Assembly (NCBI RefSeq): GCF_006345805.1
Contig: NC_043017.1
Coordinates: forward strand, 29,202,001 to 29,266,000
Source: Octopus sinensis
Lineage: Eukaryota
Reading direction: 5' to 3'
Length of the DNA stretch: 64,000 nucleotides
The stretch's first letter is position 1; every line of letters starts with the position of its first letter. This document shows, one piece after another, positions 28,914-39,970 of this stretch. Under the pieces are notes generated by a model that worked only from the letters and a program-made list of their open reading frames with translations, did no database searches and was not told where the DNA came from. A program made the position numbers and the translations under genes.

Positions 28914-30001
28914 GTATGTATATATGTCTGTATGTATATATGTATGTATGAATGTATGTATGCATGTATGTGTGTGTGTATTTGTGACTGTGTTTATGTC
29001 ACGGTCACTCGCGGTTCGACAAAAGAGAACGATAGAATGAGTACTAGGCTTACAAAGAATAAGTGTTGGGGTTGATTTGTTCGACTAAAAGCGATGCTCC
29101 AGCATGTCCGCAGTGAAATGACTGAAATAAGTAATATATAATATATACAGTTTTGTTTCCCCAGTTTTGGTATCAAAATAAATACACAGACCTACACACA
29201 CACACACACACACACACATACACATACACGCGCGCATGCACACACGCACACACATACATATATGTGTGTGTGATTATCAAAATTGCCTATAGATTTTTTT
29301 TTTATTACAAGTGAAACTTCGATGAAAGACAACAACGTAATGCATTGAAATAGAAGATGTAAACAATTTTTTTTCATTATTCATACGACGTATATATTGA
29401 GGCTTCTCTATTTAATTGTTATCGTTTTATAATTCCTAATTGGATGCATCCACCTCCTCCAGGACACAACTATGAAAGAAGAAGAAATAATAGGATGTCT
29501 GGTGAGACAACATAAACTGTCTTCTAATGTATTTTGATTAAGACAGATATCCTTCACCACACGGGTGGGGTATGCATAGTGACAAATACGATATCAGGAT
29601 AACAAACGGAAGAGATGAAACCTGTCTTAAATAATTCATGCACGCATACCGTAATATCTAAGCAAAGCATAATTCAAACACAGGGGAGAATAATACAATA
29701 CGATGACTGAATACAATCAGTTATAAGTTGCTTATATTGTTCCCGTGATTGTGGAGCAGAAATTAATATAAAACAATTACTCGACAAATATGCTTGTACA
29801 ACAGGTGGTAAGAGATGATAACACTTCGTAGACAGAATAATTAATTCACTAAAATATAAAAAAAAAAACAGATTGGAACTCCAAACAGGTTGAACATCAA
29901 ATTGTTCACCAGTATTGGAAGAAGCAGGAGCCGAAACTGTGATGCAGACAGGACCAGAAATGAATTTGAAATCACGTATACACACAACCGTTGAAAACAA
30001 G

Positions 30002-30162
30002 TGCAGGAGTGGCTGTGTGGTAAGTAGCTTGTTTACCAACCACATGGTTCCGAGTTCAGTCCCACTGCGTGGTACCTTGGGCAAGTATCTTTTACTATAG
30101 CCTCGGGCCGACCAATCCTTGTGGGAGGATTTGGTAGACGGAAACTGAAAGAAGCCCCCGTC

Positions 30163-30170
<8 letters not shown>
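30002..30170 (+). mobile_element. SINE family 1, 5' half (3' half at 32640-32858)
   Basis: Head and central block end at the internal (TA)n tract. The matching 3' half resumes about 2.5 kb later in the same orientation. Confidence 0.85.
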
Positions 30171-30201
<31 letters not shown>

Positions 30202-30493
30202 TATATATATATTTCACAATTGAGGGTAAAATTAATTAATTAATCAATTTCACCAAGTATTCAGTATGCAAAGGGACCATTTAAGGCGAATTCAAATTAT
30301 TACATTATATAAAAGGGCTTAGTAAAATAATTACTTTGCCGCATACTGAACTCATTAGAAATAGCAGCTAAAAAAACTTTTTTAAAAACTATTTCTAATA
30401 CTTAAAGAAAATCTCACTCATATAGTGTTTGCTCAATTCAACTCACGCAAATATGGGGGTAGAGACATTAAAAAATCAAGTGCAAAGGTTATT

Positions 30494-30545
30494 TGAGAAC
30501 GTACGTTTCAAGATTAGTCAACACGACATTTCTATCATCAGCTCA
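30494..30545 (-). ncRNA. Type I hammerhead ribozyme, array copy 1
   Basis: Exact reverse complement of 31586-31637. Confidence 0.8.
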
Positions 30546-31050
30546 GAACTCCCTGGTTTGGATTTGAAAACACTGAAAGTGGGAGCATACCCTTTCGGCT
30601 TCCTCTCGCTTCCGAAGATCTGCTCGTAACTAACAGTGCCAACAAACCCAAAAATGCAAGCGAAGAATTTCTGCTCTCCCCTTTCCACCAGCGTGGGTTA
30701 AAATCAGTAAACACTATGCTTTTTTCGGTAAAGTCCGCGGCATTATATAGAGAGAGATGAATTATAATTTCAACAATTGAGGGTACAATTAATTAATTAA
30801 TCAATTTCACCAAGTATTCAGTATGCAAAGGGACCATTTAAGGCGAATTCAAATTATTACATTATATAAAAGGGCTTAGTAAAATAAATTACTTTGCCGC
30901 ATACTGAACTCATTAGAAATAGCACTAAAAAAACTTTTTTAAAAACTATTTCTAATACTTAAAGAAAACCTCTCTCATATAGTGTTTGCTCAATTCAACT
31001 CACGCAAATATGGGGGTAGAGACATTAAAAAATCAAGTGCAAAGGTTATT

Positions 31051-31100
31051 TGAGAACGTACGTTTCAAGATTAGTCAACACGACATTTCTATCATCAGCT
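31051..31100 (-). ncRNA. Type I hammerhead, array copy 2, stem I cut by the inversion junction
   Basis: Core and stems II/III intact. The 5' strand of stem I is reduced to AG by the breakpoint at ~31100. Confidence 0.65.
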
Positions 31101-31585
31101 TTTTTAATGTCTCTACCCCCATATTTGCGTGAGTTGAATTGAGCAAACACTATATGAGAGAGGTTTTCTTTAAGTATTAGAAATAGTTTTAAAAAAGTTT
31201 TTTTAGCTGCTATTTCTAATGAGTTCAGTATGCGGCAAAGTAATTTATTTTACTAAGCCCTTTTATATAATGTAATAATTTGAATTCGCCTTAAATGGTC
31301 CCTTTGCATACTGAATACTTGGTGAAATTGATTAATTAATTAATTTTACCCTCAATTGTTGAAATTATAATTCATCTCTCTCTATATAATGCCGCGGACT
31401 TTACCGAAAAAAGCATAGTGTTTACTGATTTTAACCCACGCTGGTGGAAAGGGGAGAGCAGAAATTCTTCGCTTGCATTTTTGGGTTTGTTGGCACTGTT
31501 AGTTACGAGCAGATCTTCGGAAGCGAGAGGAAGCCGAAAGGGTATGCTCCCACTTTCAGTGTTTTCAAATCAAACCAGGGAGTTC

Positions 31586-31637
31586 TGAGCTGATGATAGA
31601 AATGTCGTGTTGACTAATCTTGAAACGTACGTTCTCA
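31586..31637 (+). ncRNA. Type I hammerhead ribozyme, array copy 3
   Basis: TGAG-CTGATGA-T AGA AAT GTC(GTGTT)GAC TAA TCT T-GAAAC-GTAC-GTT-CTCA. Stem I TGAG/CTCA, exact CUGAUGA and GAAA cores, palindromic stem III ACGTACGT, predicted cleavage after GUU (31633). Confidence 0.82.
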
Positions 31638-32141
31638 AATAACCTTTGCACTTGATTTTTTAATGTCTCTACCCCCATATTTGCGTGAGTTGAATTGAGC
31701 AAACACTATATGAGAGAGGTTTTCTTTAAGTATTAGAAATAGTTTCTAAAATAGTTTTTTTAGCTGCTATTTCTAATGAGTTCAGTATGCGGCAATGTAA
31801 TTTATTTTACTAAGCCCTTTTATATAATGTAATAATTTGAATTCGCCTTAAATGGTCCCTTTGCATACTGAATACTTGGTGAAATTGATTAATAATTAAT
31901 TTTACCCTCAATTGTTGAAATTATAATTCATCTCTCTCTATATAATGCCGCGGACTTTACCGAAAAAAGCATAGTGTTTACTGATTTTAACCCACGCTGG
32001 TGGAAAGGGGAGAGCAGAAATTCTTCGCTTGCATTTTTGGGTTTGTTGGCACTGTAGTTACGAGCAGATCTTCGGAAGCGAGAGGAAGCCGAAAGGGTAT
32101 GCTCCCACTTTCAGTGTTTTCAAATCCAAACCAGGGAGTTC

Positions 32142-32193
32142 TGAGCTGATGATAGAAATGTCGTGTTGACTAATCTTGAAACGTACGTTCTCA
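32142..32193 (+). ncRNA. Type I hammerhead ribozyme, array copy 4
   Basis: Identical to copy 3. Predicted cleavage after 32189. Confidence 0.82.
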
Positions 32194-32406
32194 AATAACC
32201 TTTGCACTTGATTTTTTTAATGTCTCTACCCCCATATTTGCGTGAGTTGAATTGAGCAAACACTATATGAGAGAGGTTTTCTTTAAGTATTAGAAATAGT
32301 TTTTAAAATAGTTTTTTTAGCTGCTATTTCTAATGAGTTCAGTATGCGGCAAAGTAATTTATTTTACTAAGCCCTTTTATATAATATATATATATATATA
32401 TATATA

Positions 32407-32593
32407 ACGGGAAGGTTTACGAAAATAAACAAAAGACGAAGGCAGGTGGCGTACAAACAAGCAATGTATTAGTATGGCGCTCAGGAATAGAAATAAAACA
32501 AGTCTTTTACGTTTCGAGCCTACGCTCTTCGACAGAAAGATACGCAGAAAAGAAACAAGGAGAGAAAAAATTGCGTTTAGGGGCTAACGATCC
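32407..32593 (-). mobile_element. PLE-type terminal-repeat fragment (family B), hammerhead-like motif at 32503-32540
   Basis: Minus strand TCTTT-CTGTCGA-A-GAGC(GTAG)GCTC-GAAAC-GT-A-AAAGA. Core A6 is substituted. Confidence 0.65.
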
Positions 32594-32639
32594 AACACAC
32601 AGACACACACACATATATATATATATATATGCATGTGTG

Positions 32640-32858
32640 TGTTTGTGTGTCTATGTTTGTCCCCCTAGCATTGCTTAACAACCGATGCTGGTGTGTTTCA
32701 CGTCCCCGTTACTTAGTGGTTCGGCAAAAGAGACCGATAGAATAAGTACTGGGCTTACAAAAGAATAAGACCTGGGTTCGAGTTGCTCGATTAAAGGCGG
32801 TGCTCCAGTATGGCCGCAGTCAAATGACTGAAGCAAGTAAAAGGGTAAAAGAGTAAAG
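32640..32858 (+). mobile_element. SINE family 1, 3' half of the copy starting at 30002
   Basis: TTTGTCCCCCTAGCATTGC...GGCGGTGCTCCAGTATGGCCGCAGTCAAATGACTGAAGC. Confidence 0.85.
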
Positions 32859-33330
32859 TTATCTTCAATAAAGAGGCAAAAGACAATATTCTTTGTACAA
32901 ATTAGACTGCACGACATCGTTAGCTAAACAGAAGATGAGAAACATAAACTACCGGCGGCTGCAGAAAAAAAAATTGAAACATGTAAATGATTAACAGATA
33001 AGCAAGTAAACAGCTCTACAACAATCAACAGACATTTTAGATAAACACGATATGGTTTTGCAGCCGACATAAACAGAGTTTGAATGACAACAACATTAGC
33101 CAATCAAAAGCGTTCTTTCATTCTTTTACTTATTTCAGTAATTTCAGTGCGGCCATGCTGCAGCACCGCCTTTAGTTGAACAAATTAAGCCAAGACTTAT
33201 TCTTTGTAAGCCTAGTACTTATTCTATCGTTCTCTTTTGTCGAACCGTTAGTTACCGGGACATAAACACACTAGCATTGGTTGTCAAGCGATGGTGAGAG
33301 GACAAACAAGACATAAATATATATATAGGC

Positions 33331-33372
<42 letters not shown>

Positions 33373-33378
33373 GTAGAT

Positions 33379-33431
<53 letters not shown>

Positions 33432-33888
33432 GTAGATAGATAGATAGATAGATAGATAGAGAGATAGATAGAGAGATAGATAGATAGATCGATAGATATA
33501 GATATGTATATATATAATTAAAAAGGGTAGAAATTGATATCAATCAATTAAAACCAGTGTCGTAGCATATTTTTAAAAATTCGAAGATTAAAATATTTTT
33601 TACATACAATAGTAAAAGGACTGACTTTAAAAGTGGACAGTCTTTATGCTAAACATAGACGTCAAGTCGCCATTACTACGAAGAATGTGTTCTCAAGAAA
33701 AATCTCAGCAAAAATCAAAAATTTAACTTCTATGTGGTAAACTTTTATTACTGCTCATTTTGTGCCATTATTGTATTTTGACAATCGTTATTTTTTTTTA
33801 TTAGAAAGCTGATACCTCTATTTCTTTATTCTAATTCCTTTTGTGCTTTATAAAGTATCTATAAATCAATTTTTGCTATTTTGTTTAG

Positions 33889-34575
33889 AGATGGATAAGT
33901 CGGAAATTCGTACCGTTTTGAAGTATGAGTGCTTTCTTGGAAATAAAACATCGCAGACAGCTCGGAATATTAATCGAGTATTTTATTCTAATGTTATTAC
34001 ACAGCAGGCAGTATCAAATTGGTTTACAGAATTCCATTCTGGTAACTTTGCCCTTACAAATGAGCAACATGGTCGACCAGAGACAAAGGTGGATAATGAC
34101 GAACTGAAAACCAGCGTCGAGTCAGATCCATCTCAAAGTGCCTGTGGATTATTGTTGTTGTTTTGTGATAGCAAGCAAACAATATTGACTCACATAGTTC
34201 AAATCGGTAAAGTGAAAAATTTAGATAAGTGTGTTCCACATGAACTCAATGAAAATCAGAAACAGCAACGTTTGGAAGCCTGCATTATGCTACTTTCTTG
34301 TCACGAAAATGAATCATTTTTGAATCGAATTGTAACATGTGATGAAAAATGGATCCAATTAAACAACCGCAAACGTTCAGCACAATGGTTGGACAAAGAC
34401 GAACCACCAAAACACTGTCCAAAACCAAAATTCATCAAAAGAAGCTGACGGTGTGTGTTTGGTGGTCTGGCGCAGGTGTGAGCCATTATAATTTCTTTAA
34501 ACCTGGCTCATCAATCACGGCCGAAGTATTCTGCAGTCAACTGAAACAAATGATCCAGAAACTTACAAAAAACAG
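33889..34575 (+). pseudogene. Mariner transposase remnant (HTH plus first catalytic D), frameshifted and 3'-truncated
   Basis: MDKSEIRTVLKYE...GRPETKVDND...DKCVPHEL(WVPHEL)...FLNRIVTCDEKWI...KKLTVCVWWSGAGV. It stops at the (TA)n that precedes the PLE. Confidence 0.93.
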
Positions 34576-34582
34576 TCTAGAT

Positions 34583-34630
<48 letters not shown>

Positions 34631-34669
34631 TAAAAAATGGAGTTAACGCAGGTGTAATCAAATATTTTT

Positions 34670-34755
34670 ACTTTCGACACATGTTTCGAAAATTCCACTG
34701 ATACTATTCAAAAGAATAAATGGTATAAACAATGCAATCCTCTCCTCAGTAAAAT
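34670..34755 (-). ncRNA. Type I hammerhead in PLE 3' repeat, stem I partly decayed
   Basis: CTGAGGA core, long stem II, GAAAC-ATGT-GTC-GAAAGT. The 5' stem I strand is CATTTTA here, versus CACTTTC in the other copy. Confidence 0.6.
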
Positions 34756-34989
34756 GAAAAAACCGAAACTCGTCAATAAGACATTTTAGCAAAAAATGAT
34801 GGATTTGTATAGCGATAGACAGAATGCTATTAATATTGTTTAAAAAACGTTATATGATATAACGTCATAAGTAGCTAACAGAAAAAGTAGGGATATTAAT
34901 AGTGAATGTTAGATATAAAGGAAATTAAAGTTTAAATTATATATAATGATAGAGACTACTTATATGCACTAAATGTATGTTTTTGCCAA

Positions 34990-36546
34990 TGCTTACATAT
35001 GTATGCTCGCTCTATAACCGTGTTTACTAGAGTATGTTTAGAAAAAATAATGAAAAATAGCTCAGAATTGCAGAGAAGACAGAATTTCTTGCCTTTGTCA
35101 TATGGTATCGAAATTGAGAGAATCAACCATTCTAAATGAAATTGTTTCTTTGTGGTCTTTTAAACCGCAAATCAGTTTGCTGAGACCAGTACTATTCCGT
35201 TTATTTCTATCCCTAAATGTTGAGTAATGGATAGAAATTATTTTAGATAACTCTAACGATGTGCTTCCAATGTAAAATATCGTACTTTATTACGAGTACT
35301 GATTATACACTGGTATATAGAATTTTTAATCTTAGAGTTACTTGACATAAACTTAATTATATTGGAACTGACTTCGTCAAAAACGATTTTTAAGCCCATT
35401 CTACTGAAAAAATTAACTAAACTATTCTTAACTTTTTGTACCTTTTGGTTGGAAACATTTTGGAGGTAAAGTAAACAATCATCACGATATAGACCTCCAT
35501 AAATGTTAGGGAACTCTTCAGCCGTTTCAAAAAGAATATATATACAGACCAAATCAGCTATCTGTGCTGAATCAGAACTTCCCATTGGTATATCGAAACT
35601 ATCTGGTGTGTCTTTACGGACCCACAACTTATCATCAAATTTAATAATAGATCTTCTGGCTGCCAACACAACATTAATTTCTTCTCAGGTGAGACCAGCT
35701 TTGTTATGAGCATGCCAAAGTGCCTTACTAAGTACTATTGGATTGATAGACGAATAAAAATTGAAAATATCGAACTGGATAAACTTAGTACTCACCTCAT
35801 TGGTAATAGAACTAAACCAGTCAACTACTTCAAACGAATTAGTCCATAAACTAAGTTTTAATGTTTTGATTAAATTAGGAATATATTTATCTAGTATATT
35901 TTTACTAAGGATACTGATGTCAGAGCTAGAAGGGCAGATGAGCCTTAATGATGGGTTAGTAAAAAAAATTTGGTTTGTGATCCTTCAAAATGAACTGAGG
36001 TTGCTTAGGAACAAGTGGTTCTGTCTTCATTTGTAGGTTATATTTCTCCATGATTTTCATAGCCTCAATGTTGGCTTTCTTAAGTATTCTTTTATCAGCA
36101 ATTTTATACTTTTTCTGAATTTCTTTTTTAAGTAATTCCAAATAATAGTCTTTATAAAGTTTGTACAGATTTCCAGTCTTATCTGATTGAACCAACATAG
36201 TATCCATAGAATTGATTTCTTTGGTGATGTTGCGAAGATACCTCAGATGTTTATTTCTTAGTGGTGATCGTTGAAATTTTACATTTCTCACAATGGACCA
36301 GAGATCATCTTCAAATTGCTTCAATCTTGGGTTAGGCGGCGGACTATTTTTAGATTTAAATAACTTGTTGAACTCAGATGTTTTATCATTAGTGTGTTGT
36401 TGAGTGTCATTTTTGTCAAAGAAAAAGGTATGCCATCTTATTCGGTTGATGAATGAATTTATCTTATTGACAAGTTGTTTAAGGAAAACATTCTTAGGTG
36501 GAATAGGAATGTCCTTAAGAGATGCGTTAATATTCAATAACTCCAT
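34990..36546 (-). pseudogene. PLE polyprotein remnant: N-terminal domain, reverse transcriptase, C-terminal GIY-YIG endonuclease (thumb/linker deleted)
   Basis: LKDIPIP..RIRWHTFF..DKTGNLY..LKDHKPNF; RLICPSSSDISILSKNIL; FIQFDIFNFYSSI; FDIPMGSSDSAQIADLV; GLYRDD. After frameshifts: SIYQCII..YIGST..HYSTF..STGLSKLI..EWLIL..PYDKGKKFCLLCNSE..ICKH. Confidence 0.9.
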
Positions 36547-36641
36547 ATGCTGTAACTATTCAGTTAGCAGGTTATTAATAAACCTGATTAAAGTATTATC
36601 GATCTAAAAGTAAATATAACACCTTCAAAAGTAATTACGCT

Positions 36642-36870
36642 ATGAATACTAGTAAAAATATTTGGTTAATAATTCCTTACGGGAGACAAATTAAATCTAA
36701 TCTCCCACTGCTGTTTCGTCAAGCTATTGCTAGAAATTTTCCAAACAATTCTAGATATTACTCTATAATCAATTCACATAAGGTTAGGATAGGTTTTTCA
36801 AACACAAAAAATCTCTTGCAAATTATTTCTTCTCATAATAACAAACTGTTAAATATTAATACATTTACTA
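36642..36870 (+). pseudogene. Inverted PLE fragment encoding the post-thumb linker
   Basis: KNIWLIIPYGRQIKSNL...NFP..YYSIINSHKVRIGFSNTKNLLQIISSHNNKLL fits the recalled PLE pattern IIWFNPPYS..TN..HFP..KIFN..K.SYSCM.N..II..HN..IL. Confidence 0.7.
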
Positions 36871-37068
36871 ATACTAACATTAATTTAGCTGATACCATCC
36901 AACCCTCTAGAAATATTAATAACAAGGTTATTGTATCTGAAGTCAATTCCAATAGAATATTAATAACAATAGAATATTCCAATAGAATATTAATAACATT
37001 CTGTCTATCGCTATACAAATCCATCATTTTTTGCTAAAATGTCTTATTGACCGAGTTTCGTTTTTTTC

Positions 37069-37154
37069 ACTTTCCTGAGGAGAAGATTGCATTGTTTATA
37101 CCATTTATTCTTTTGAATAGTATCAGTGGAATTTTCGAAACATGTGTCGAAAGT
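37069..37154 (+). ncRNA. Type I hammerhead ribozyme with extended stem II in PLE inverted repeat
   Basis: ACTTTC-CTGAGGA-[GAAGATT...AATTTTC, 55 nt with inner CATTG/CAGTG, ATAC/GTAT and TATTC/GAATA helices]-GAAAC-ATGT-GTC-GAAAGT. 6-bp stem I, predicted GUC cleavage after 37148. Confidence 0.85.
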
Positions 37155-37648
37155 AAAAATATTTGATTACACCTGCGTTAACTCCATTTTTTATTCATAT
37201 TATTCAAAATATTCAACGAAAACACGAAGTTTCTACCTTTATAAACAAGGAGTTACAACACCTTTACTTGTGAGATTTTTGCTGCCCTGGTAACTATTTC
37301 AGTTTCCCTCTACTAGATCCATTCACAATTCTTTGGTCTGCCCGAGGCTACAGTAAAAGCTCTTGCCCAATTGGGACTGAACCCGGAACTGTGTAGTTGG
37401 GAAGCAAGCTTCTTACCACACAGCCACTCCTGCGCCGATGTAAAACTTTTTAAAAATACACTTTAGGAGTGCAAGTATAGAAGGATTACAGATCTGAAAA
37501 ACAGCAGTGATGGCCAGAAAAGGAAACAACAGACAGTGAACAAATTAGCGGATGAAACGAGAAGTGAAAACTCATTAAAGCAACATTTGAAACCAACCGA
37601 CGGAAACAAAATTCATAAAGAAAACAATTGTCGCATTCCAATATGTTT

Positions 37649-38027
37649 GGAATGGAACCACTCCGTCGGTTACGACGACGAGGGTTCCGGTTGATCCGAT
37701 CAACGGAACAGCCTGCTCGTGAAATTAACGTGTAAGTGGCTGAGCACTCCACAGACACGTGTACCCTTAACGTAGTTCTCGGGGATATTCAGCGTGACAC
37801 AGAGAGTGACAAGGCCGGCCCTTTGAAACAGAAACAGGGAGTAAGAGTGAGAGAAAGTTGTGGTGACAGAGTACAGCAAGGATCACCCGCCCCCCCCCCC
37901 TGCCGGAGCCTCGTGAAGCTTTAGGTGTTTTCGCTCAATAAACACTCACAACGCCCGGTCTGGGAATCGAAACCGCGATCTTACGACCGCGAGTCCGCTG
38001 CCCTAACCACTGGACCATTGCGCCTCC
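37649..38027 (-). mobile_element. SINE family 4, full length with 11-bp target-site duplication
   Basis: TSD CCAATATGTTT at 37638-37648 and 38028-38038. Intact tRNA-like head and (TTCCA)-type tail. Confidence 0.93.
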
Positions 38028-39024
38028 CCAATATGTTTAACACCAGTCTGAATATTGTCAATTGATGGCTATGGCGTGAAAATACAATGTGGTTTAGTTA
38101 CGTTTGAATGCGGGTATATACTATATACTATCACTTACAAACCTAAGTGTATGCACGTATCTAAGAGTCTCTGTCTGCTTGTGTGAGTGTTGAATTTTTC
38201 CCATACTGAGAATTGGATTGATGTGATACCGACTTCAAAAGTCCATGCCGATTCTATAACTGACACCTTACCTGTGCGTTCAAATGATAAGATTCTACTT
38301 TAGCTCCCTAGATGAAGAAGTTATAAAACTAATGTTGTTCTAAGTTAGTAATCAACTTACAGATCTAAGCAAATTTGACGACACTACCGGGTATGTTTTA
38401 CTCTTCTGCATGACAATATGAATAGCCACGAAATTTGTAAACACCAATCTTTCCGATGTTTAATCAAATTTCAAGCAAACATCATTGATGCGTTTCTTGA
38501 TGCTGTTGTTATTACTGCTGCTGCTTAACATCAGGACAACTGTGATTGTGTAGACCTCATGCCATTGTTATTACAGCCTTGACAATATATTATACATATG
38601 TACGTCAGGCTTCTTTCAGTTTCCGTCTACCAAATCCACTCACAAGTTTTTGGTTGGCCCGAGACTAAAGAAGAAGACACCTGCCCAAGGTGCCACGCAG
38701 TGGGACTGAACCCGGAACCATGTGGTTTGTAAGCAAGCTACTTACCACGCAGCCACTCCTACGCCTATCATTTGTTTCATATATGTATTTAACACGCCGT
38801 GTCTATTAGGTATTTTATTAGGTATTCTGCTATTTAGACACATGTCATTCCTGATTTAGCAGCGTTCCATTCATGACATTCCCGTTCTTGGCTCAGGACA
38901 GCGTACCTCCACCTACATAAGAAAACAACATCAATAAAATAAAACAATAGCCATATGTGTGAGTATGAGTGTGACTGTGTTTATGAGTGAGAGTATGCAC
39001 TTGAGGGTAATCTCTGAGTGTATA

Positions 39025-39421
39025 TCTTTATATATAAAACTAAAGTTGTGTGTCTGTCTCCTACGATTTAGATTCCTAACTACTCCCACATTTTGCGGTG
39101 CAGTTTAACCAAAACCGGGTATCTTATAGTCGCGATTCATATCGAGCCCTTCTGGGTATTAGCGCACGTCTACGATGAATCTACGATTTAAAAAAAAAAT
39201 TACAATAATTTTTTTCCATTTTAATGCATTTTTTCGCTATTATATACGGGAAGTAATTCTCTAAAAATGTCTACGATGATTCAACGATTTAAAAAAAAAA
39301 TTACCATCATTTTTTTCCCATTTTCAATGCATTTTTTGCTATTTTTTGGCTATAACTCTCTAAAAATGCTTATATAGTTATTTCCCTTACAAACCCGAGC
39401 AACGCCGGGCGATACTGCTAG
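39025..39421 (+). mobile_element. Non-autonomous Helitron with internal duplication
   Basis: A^TC...CCCGAGCAACGCCGGG...CTAG^T. Confidence 0.88.
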
Positions 39422-39696
39422 TATGTCTATATTTAAAGAATACAATAATACAATACTCTTATGTCCCTTTTTGTCTCTTTGTATGGCCGGGGTATGTGAT
39501 ATTAGAGCATGTGGCAGTTATTTGAAATTCAGTACTGGGGTACGTCAATAATTTGTACTATAAAAACGAGTCATTTGTCCTCGTAGATGCGTCTTTGGTC
39601 ATATGGCTAGTTAGGGAGATATCATGAGATTTTCCAGCCTTGCTTCACAGCAGGACACAAGAATTTCTGGACAATTTAATGACATCTAATTAACTA

Positions 39697-39970
39697 TCCA
39701 TTTATTTTTTTCCTCTTCCCCTTTTTTCTTCTTTTTTTTAATTTCTCTTTTCTTTTCTTCCTTTCCCTTTTTTCTTTTTTTCTTTTTTTTAATGTAATTT
39801 TTTTGTTCTTTTTTTTTTCCCTTTTACGATCCCTTTTGATCGAAAACCTACGCCACCTTTTTTCCTTGTTTCTTTTGTTTTTGTTTTTTGTTTTTTTCAG
39901 CCCCCAAAAGAAAAGCTCTACCTTGTAACTTGTCCCATCTGTGTGTGCCCTGTGTGGCCAATAAAGAAAC
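39697..39970 (+). mobile_element. 3' end of the (GATA)n-associated element
   Basis: T-rich tract then AAAGCTCTACCTTGTAACTTGTCCCATCTGTGTG..CCCTGTGTGGCCAATAAAGAAACTTATC. Confidence 0.65.

Larger units (their letters stand above)
30211..32385. repeat. Tandem plus inverted array of ~556-nt non-coding monomers, one hammerhead per monomer (retrozyme/PLE-pLTR-like)
   Basis: About 1.6 units in one orientation (30211-31099) and about 2.3 units in the opposite orientation (31100-32385). HHR spacing is 557 and 556 nt. Units differ mainly by 1-nt indels. (TA)n on both sides. Confidence 0.92.
34624..37200 (-). mobile_element. Penelope-like retroelement with ~215-bp inverted terminal repeats (34624-34837 / 36986-37200)
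   Basis: The termini are reverse complements. The minus strand carries N-terminal domain, RT and GIY-YIG remnants. The plus strand 36642-36870 carries an inverted linker-domain fragment. Confidence 0.88.

Noticed and set aside
30211-32385. CRISPR array, NUMT or rDNA interpretation of the 556-nt repeats
   Set aside because: There are no unique spacers and no mitochondrial gene or rRNA similarity that I recognise. The HHR per unit explains the structure better. An assembly artefact for the inversion is not excluded.
35683-35690. In-frame TGA in the PLE RT (and TGA after CNC at 55413) as selenocysteine
   Set aside because: Both copies have other frameshifts and stops, CGA-to-TGA decay is the simpler explanation, and I identified no SECIS.
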